Shown piece after piece: positions 46,011 through 49,247 of a DNA stretch of 49,247 nucleotides. Origin of the DNA: Candidatus Woesearchaeota archaeon (GTDB lineage Archaea > Nanobdellota > Nanobdellia > Pacearchaeales > GW2011-AR1). The position numbers and the translations under genes are program-made. The number at the start of each line of letters is the position of its first letter. Position 1 is the first letter of the stretch. The stretch covers positions 1 to 49,247 of the forward strand of contig CAZSNJ010000002.1 of assembly GCA_964608525.1 (NCBI GenBank), in the 5' to 3' direction. The notes beneath the pieces were generated by a model. It ran no database searches. It was not told the DNA's origin and was given only the letters and a program-made list of their open reading frames with translations.

Positions 46011-46217
46011 TTAAAAGTTTGGTAGATTCTCTGGATACTCTAAAACATCTTCATTTAAATCTATTGCCTGTGTTCTAGCATTAAGATAAATCTCATTATG
46101 TACTTTTAAAATTTTTTTGTTTATACTTCCTTCTCCTTTTCGATCTTCATACCATGAAAGTTGTTGTTTCATCCTATCCACTGCATCTTTTCCATTTAGG
46201 AATATATAATTCTTCAT
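46011..46217 (-). CDS. small hypothetical protein (68 aa)
   Basis: ATG ORF, no motif. Confidence 0.35.
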   Translation of the reverse strand: MKNYIFLNGKDAVDRMKQQLSWYEDRKGEGSINKKILKVHNEIYLNARTQAIDLNEDVLEYPENLPNF

Positions 46218-46522
46218 TTTATTTATCTTAAAATAAATAATCTTTTTAAATCTTTTACAGGATTATCTGTAACTTTTTTACGTTCTAATCCAGTCATTTC
46301 TCCAAACTTATTTACAATATTCATTGCCCCATTATGGATAAAACAATGTTTGTTCTAAACAATACTTCATTACTTCCTGAGTTAATTCGGTTTTAGAATA
46401 ACTCTTTTCACCTAGTAATTTCCTTACATATTCCCTACATTTGTCTCTTTCCATAAAATATCCTGATATTTCCCCTACATAATAAAGACATCGTACATTG
46501 TATTAGGAAAATTTATAAAGAA

Positions 46523-47404
46523 TTGATGTTGATTAGAATTATGGATAAAAAAAATAAAATTGTATTAAGTATTTTTATAATAGTCTTATTTGTAAATATA
46601 TCTTTTTTATCTGCTTTTTGTGATTTAGATGCAGTAATGATTAATCAAGATCCTTACCCTGCTGTACCAGGAGATTATGTAAGATTAATCTTTCAAGTAA
46701 CAGGAATTGAAAATCCCGACTGTGGTTATGTTTCTTTTGAATTGCTTCCAGAATATCCTATTTCATTTGATCCAAATACCAGTTCTAAAGTTGTAGTAAA
46801 AAGCGGGACTTTTGTTAAGAATTTTACTTCATCCCTAATTGTTCCTTATAAAGTTAGAGTTGATTCTAATGCATTAGATGGAGATAATCCTTTAGAGGTT
46901 AAATTTAGTTCAGGATTAATTGAAGCTGATGTTTTCAAATTAAAACAATTTAATCTTTATGCAGAAGATGTTAAAGCAGATTTTGAAATTCATATAAAAA
47001 ATTATGAGATAACTACAAACACTATTACCTTTGAGGTATTAAACATAGGAAGTAGTGATATTGAAGCACTTACAATCGAAGTTCCAAACCAAAAAAATAT
47101 CATGATTAAGGGGGCTAACAAAAATATTGTTGGAGGATTAGATTCAAACGATTTTACAACTGCAGAGTTTGAAGCTATTCCAACAAAAGGAGATATAAAT
47201 TTAATTTTACACTATACTGATATAATTGATGAAAGAAGAACTGCAAATGAAGTTGTTTCTTTTGATCCTACATTTTTTGAAGAGAGAAAAAAAGATGAGA
47301 AAAAAAGATCTTCTTTAACTTATGTTATTATTTTTTTAGTTGTTGTTTTTATTATATACTTTATCTATACAAGATCTAAGAGAAAGGAAAAAAGACGTTT
47401 TTGA
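46523..47404 (+). CDS. secreted / C-terminally anchored surface protein (beta-rich, CARDB/S-layer-domain-like)
   Basis: N-terminal signal/TM (IVLSIFIIVLFVNISFLSAF), beta-strand-like repeats, C-terminal TM (LTYVIIFLVVVFIIYFIY) plus a basic tail. Convergent with the neighbouring FtsX-type permease genes on the minus strand. Confidence 0.5.
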   Translation: MMLIRIMDKKNKIVLSIFIIVLFVNISFLSAFCDLDAVMINQDPYPAVPGDYVRLIFQVTGIENPDCGYVSFELLPEYPISFDPNTSSKVVVKSGTFVKNFTSSLIVPYKVRVDSNALDGDNPLEVKFSSGLIEADVFKLKQFNLYAEDVKADFEIHIKNYEITTNTITFEVLNIGSSDIEALTIEVPNQKNIMIKGANKNIVGGLDSNDFTTAEFEAIPTKGDINLILHYTDIIDERRTANEVVSFDPTFFEERKKDEKKRSSLTYVIIFLVVVFIIYFIYTRSKRKEKRRF

Positions 47405-48616
47405 TTATTCATATCTTAAGGCATCTACAACATTTGTTTTTGAAGCTTTCCAAGCAGGAATTGCTCCTGAAATTGCTCCTGTAAACATTGCAAATAAAAT
47501 GCATCCAGCAAAAAGAACCCAGTGATAATGTGGGCTTAAAAATCCCCATCCTAAATTTTCTAAAATTCTGCCTACAAGGAATGTTACCCCATATCCTACA
47601 ACTACTCCCATTGCTCCAGATACAAATCCTAAAAATGCTGATTCAAATAAAAATATTTTTAATATTTCTGAGTTTTTAGCACCAATAGATTTTATTATTC
47701 CTATTTCCTTTGTTCTTTCTATTACTGAAGTTATCATGGTATTTGCAGTATTTACTGCTGAAACTAAAACCGAAATTAAAGCAATTAACACAACAAAGCC
47801 TATTATTATATTTAATGCTCCTGAAAACTGATTAAGCATTTCCTCAAATGATTGTACAAAAAAATCTTCTTGTCCTTTTTCTTGATCTTTATTTTTTCTA
47901 AGAGCTTTTTCAATATCTTCTCCAACTTTATCTATTTTTTCAACATCTACTTCTGCTATTACCCACCCATAACCTCCTTCTCTTTCAGGATATAATTCAT
48001 CAAAAAATTCTTGAGAAACATAAATATTTGAGTCGTCCTGGGGATTTCCTACAGCTTCCATAAAACCTACAACTTTTACTTTTTCTCCGTTTAAATCAAA
48101 GTTGTCATTTACTTCTAATCCTTTAGGAAAAATTTTATCGTCTAGTTGAAAATTATATCCTAAAACTACTTTTCCCTTATCTTTATCTTCTAATCCCTTA
48201 CCTTCTAACAAACCTATATTTGAAATATCCCAAATTAAAGGTTTTTTTGGATCATAACTCATGATAAAAACATATCTTTTAAAAGTTTTATATTGTATTT
48301 CTGCAATATCAAATGAAGAACCAGTTACATCATATACTCCTGCTACTTTTTTTACTGAATCTAAATCACTTTCTGTTAAGGCAAAAGTATCATCCAATCC
48401 TGGAGCTCCTACTCCTTTTGGTTGAATAATTACCTTGTTAATTGAACTTGCTGTTGTAAACTCATTAACATAATCATATAATCCCCATCCAAAACTTACA
48501 AAAATAAATATTGCTGTAATGCCTACAAAAATAGAAAGTATTGTTAGTGAACTTCTTGATTTACTCATCTTAAGATTTCTTAATGAGTATTTTATGCTTT
48601 CTTCACTTATTACCAT
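47405..48616 (-). CDS. ABC transporter permease, MacB/FtsX family
   Basis: N-terminal TM, ~220-aa extracytoplasmic domain, C-terminal FtsX 3-TM bundle with ERTKEIGIIKSIGA. Confidence 0.8.
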   Translation of the reverse strand: MVISEESIKYSLRNLKMSKSRSSLTILSIFVGITAIFIFVSFGWGLYDYVNEFTTASSINKVIIQPKGVGAPGLDDTFALTESDLDSVKKVAGVYDVTGSSFDIAEIQYKTFKRYVFIMSYDPKKPLIWDISNIGLLEGKGLEDKDKGKVVLGYNFQLDDKIFPKGLEVNDNFDLNGEKVKVVGFMEAVGNPQDDSNIYVSQEFFDELYPEREGGYGWVIAEVDVEKIDKVGEDIEKALRKNKDQEKGQEDFFVQSFEEMLNQFSGALNIIIGFVVLIALISVLVSAVNTANTMITSVIERTKEIGIIKSIGAKNSEILKIFLFESAFLGFVSGAMGVVVGYGVTFLVGRILENLGWGFLSPHYHWVLFAGCILFAMFTGAISGAIPAWKASKTNVVDALRYE

Positions 48617-48617
48617 T

Positions 48618-49247
48618 TTAACTTCTTAATGCCTCCACAGGATTTTCTTTTGCAGCACTTATTGCAGGAACTATTCCTGCAATTGCTCCTATCATAAAAC
48701 TTCCGATTAATGAAGAAATTATTAAGATCCAATTTATTTGAGATACTGTTTCTGCTCCGATAAAATTATTGAGTGCTGCAGTTCCTGCAAATCCTATTAT
48801 TATCCCTACAATTACTCCTATTAATCCTCCAACCAATCCAAGTAATCCTGATTCAACAAAAAATTGTAAAAATATTTGTCCATTAGTTGCTCCAATAGAT
48901 TTCATAATTCCTATTTCTTTTTTTCTTTCCATTACAGAAGTAGTCATGGTATTTACTATTCCAATAGCTCCGATAAATATAGATAATGAAGCAATTATGA
49001 GAATAAATGCTCTTACTCCTCCAAGAACATTATTTACTGTTTCTAGTGTTGCTTCAGGGGTTGAAACTTCAAAATCCTCTTCTCCTAACTTCACATCTCT
49101 AGTTTTTCTAAGAACTTTTTCTATTTCTTCTTTTGTACTATTCATTAATTCTTTATCTTTTACTTGCACTGCAATTATATCTATTTCATCTTCATAATCA
49201 AATAAATCAGCTAATGGTTCTTCATTAACATATACCATATTATCAAA
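48618..49247 (-). CDS. ABC transporter permease, MacB/FtsX family (partial; 5' end beyond window)
   Basis: ERKKEIGIMKSIGA and the C-terminal TM bundle. The frame stays open upstream of the ATG at 49238 to the window edge. Confidence 0.7.
   Translation of the reverse strand, partial: FDNMVYVNEEPLADLFDYEDEIDIIAVQVKDKELMNSTKEEIEKVLRKTRDVKLGEEDFEVSTPEATLETVNNVLGGVRAFILIIASLSIFIGAIGIVNTMTTSVMERKKEIGIMKSIGATNGQIFLQFFVESGLLGLVGGLIGVIVGIIIGFAGTAALNNFIGAETVSQINWILIISSLIGSFMIGAIAGIVPAISAAKENPVEALRS

Noticed and set aside
1817-49197. Many ORF-track entries lie antisense to, or nested within, larger well-supported genes. These are 1817-2059, 2047-2259, 3053-3373, 9671-9853, 13199-13465, 13462-13677, 14373-14624, 17415-17630, 18660-18914, 20656-20874, 21094-21294, 23115-23300, 23464-23772, 24633-24848, 25080-25274, 28949-29131, 32160-32357, 38544-38795, 39612-39803, 40828-41040, 44379-44597, 44717-44914, 45094-45276, 45231-45545, 47340-47525, 47488-47679 and 48769-49197.
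   Set aside because: Each overlaps a longer ORF with clear family motifs. Their products are low-complexity (F/L/I/S-rich), as expected for shadow frames in A+T-rich DNA.
1-49247. CRISPR arrays, rRNA genes, transposases, integrases and prophage modules.
   Set aside because: No regularly spaced direct repeats, no rRNA-like conserved blocks and no DDE or tyrosine/serine recombinase-like ORFs were seen on either strand.

Overview
AT-rich archaeal window. I infer a small-genome, DPANN-like archaeon from three things: the eL21, RpoF, RpoD and uS13-uS4-uS11 genes, a bulge-helix-bulge tRNA intron, and tRNAs without encoded CCA.

The right quarter (37.7-49.2 kb) is housekeeping. It holds SecD/SecF, three tRNAs (Gly-UCC with a 17-nt intron, Arg-CCU, Leu-CAA), a free-standing LAGLIDADG endonuclease gene whose 3' end overlaps tRNA-Arg, a fused eL21-rpoF-DUF655-uS13-uS4-uS11-rpoD operon, and MacB/FtsX-type ABC permeases with a surface-anchored protein.

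The centre (about 2.8-37.7 kb, roughly 35 kb) is one very large glycan-type biosynthetic island. It encodes a sugar nucleotidyltransferase-GT4 fusion, four further glycosyltransferase-like genes (GT4, GT9, a GT-B-like gene, a CgeB-like gene) and a MOP/Wzx flippase. It also encodes an SDR epimerase/dehydratase, a DegT-type aminotransferase, two SAM methyltransferases and two ThDP enzymes (a compact fused E1 alpha-beta and a split transketolase). Three Nudix-like genes, an IMPase-family phosphatase, an HD protein and an aldo/keto reductase are present too.

The island also carries eleven radical SAM genes. Five have a cobalamin-type N-domain and six have Cys-rich C-terminal tails. This density in a glycan context is the main candidate for an undescribed system.

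The left edge carries a ~1.2 kb patch of visibly higher G+C. It contains a 5'-truncated Dph6/MJ0570-like gene fragment and an ATG-less hyper-acidic repeat protein.

No CRISPR array, rRNA, transposase or integrase was seen.
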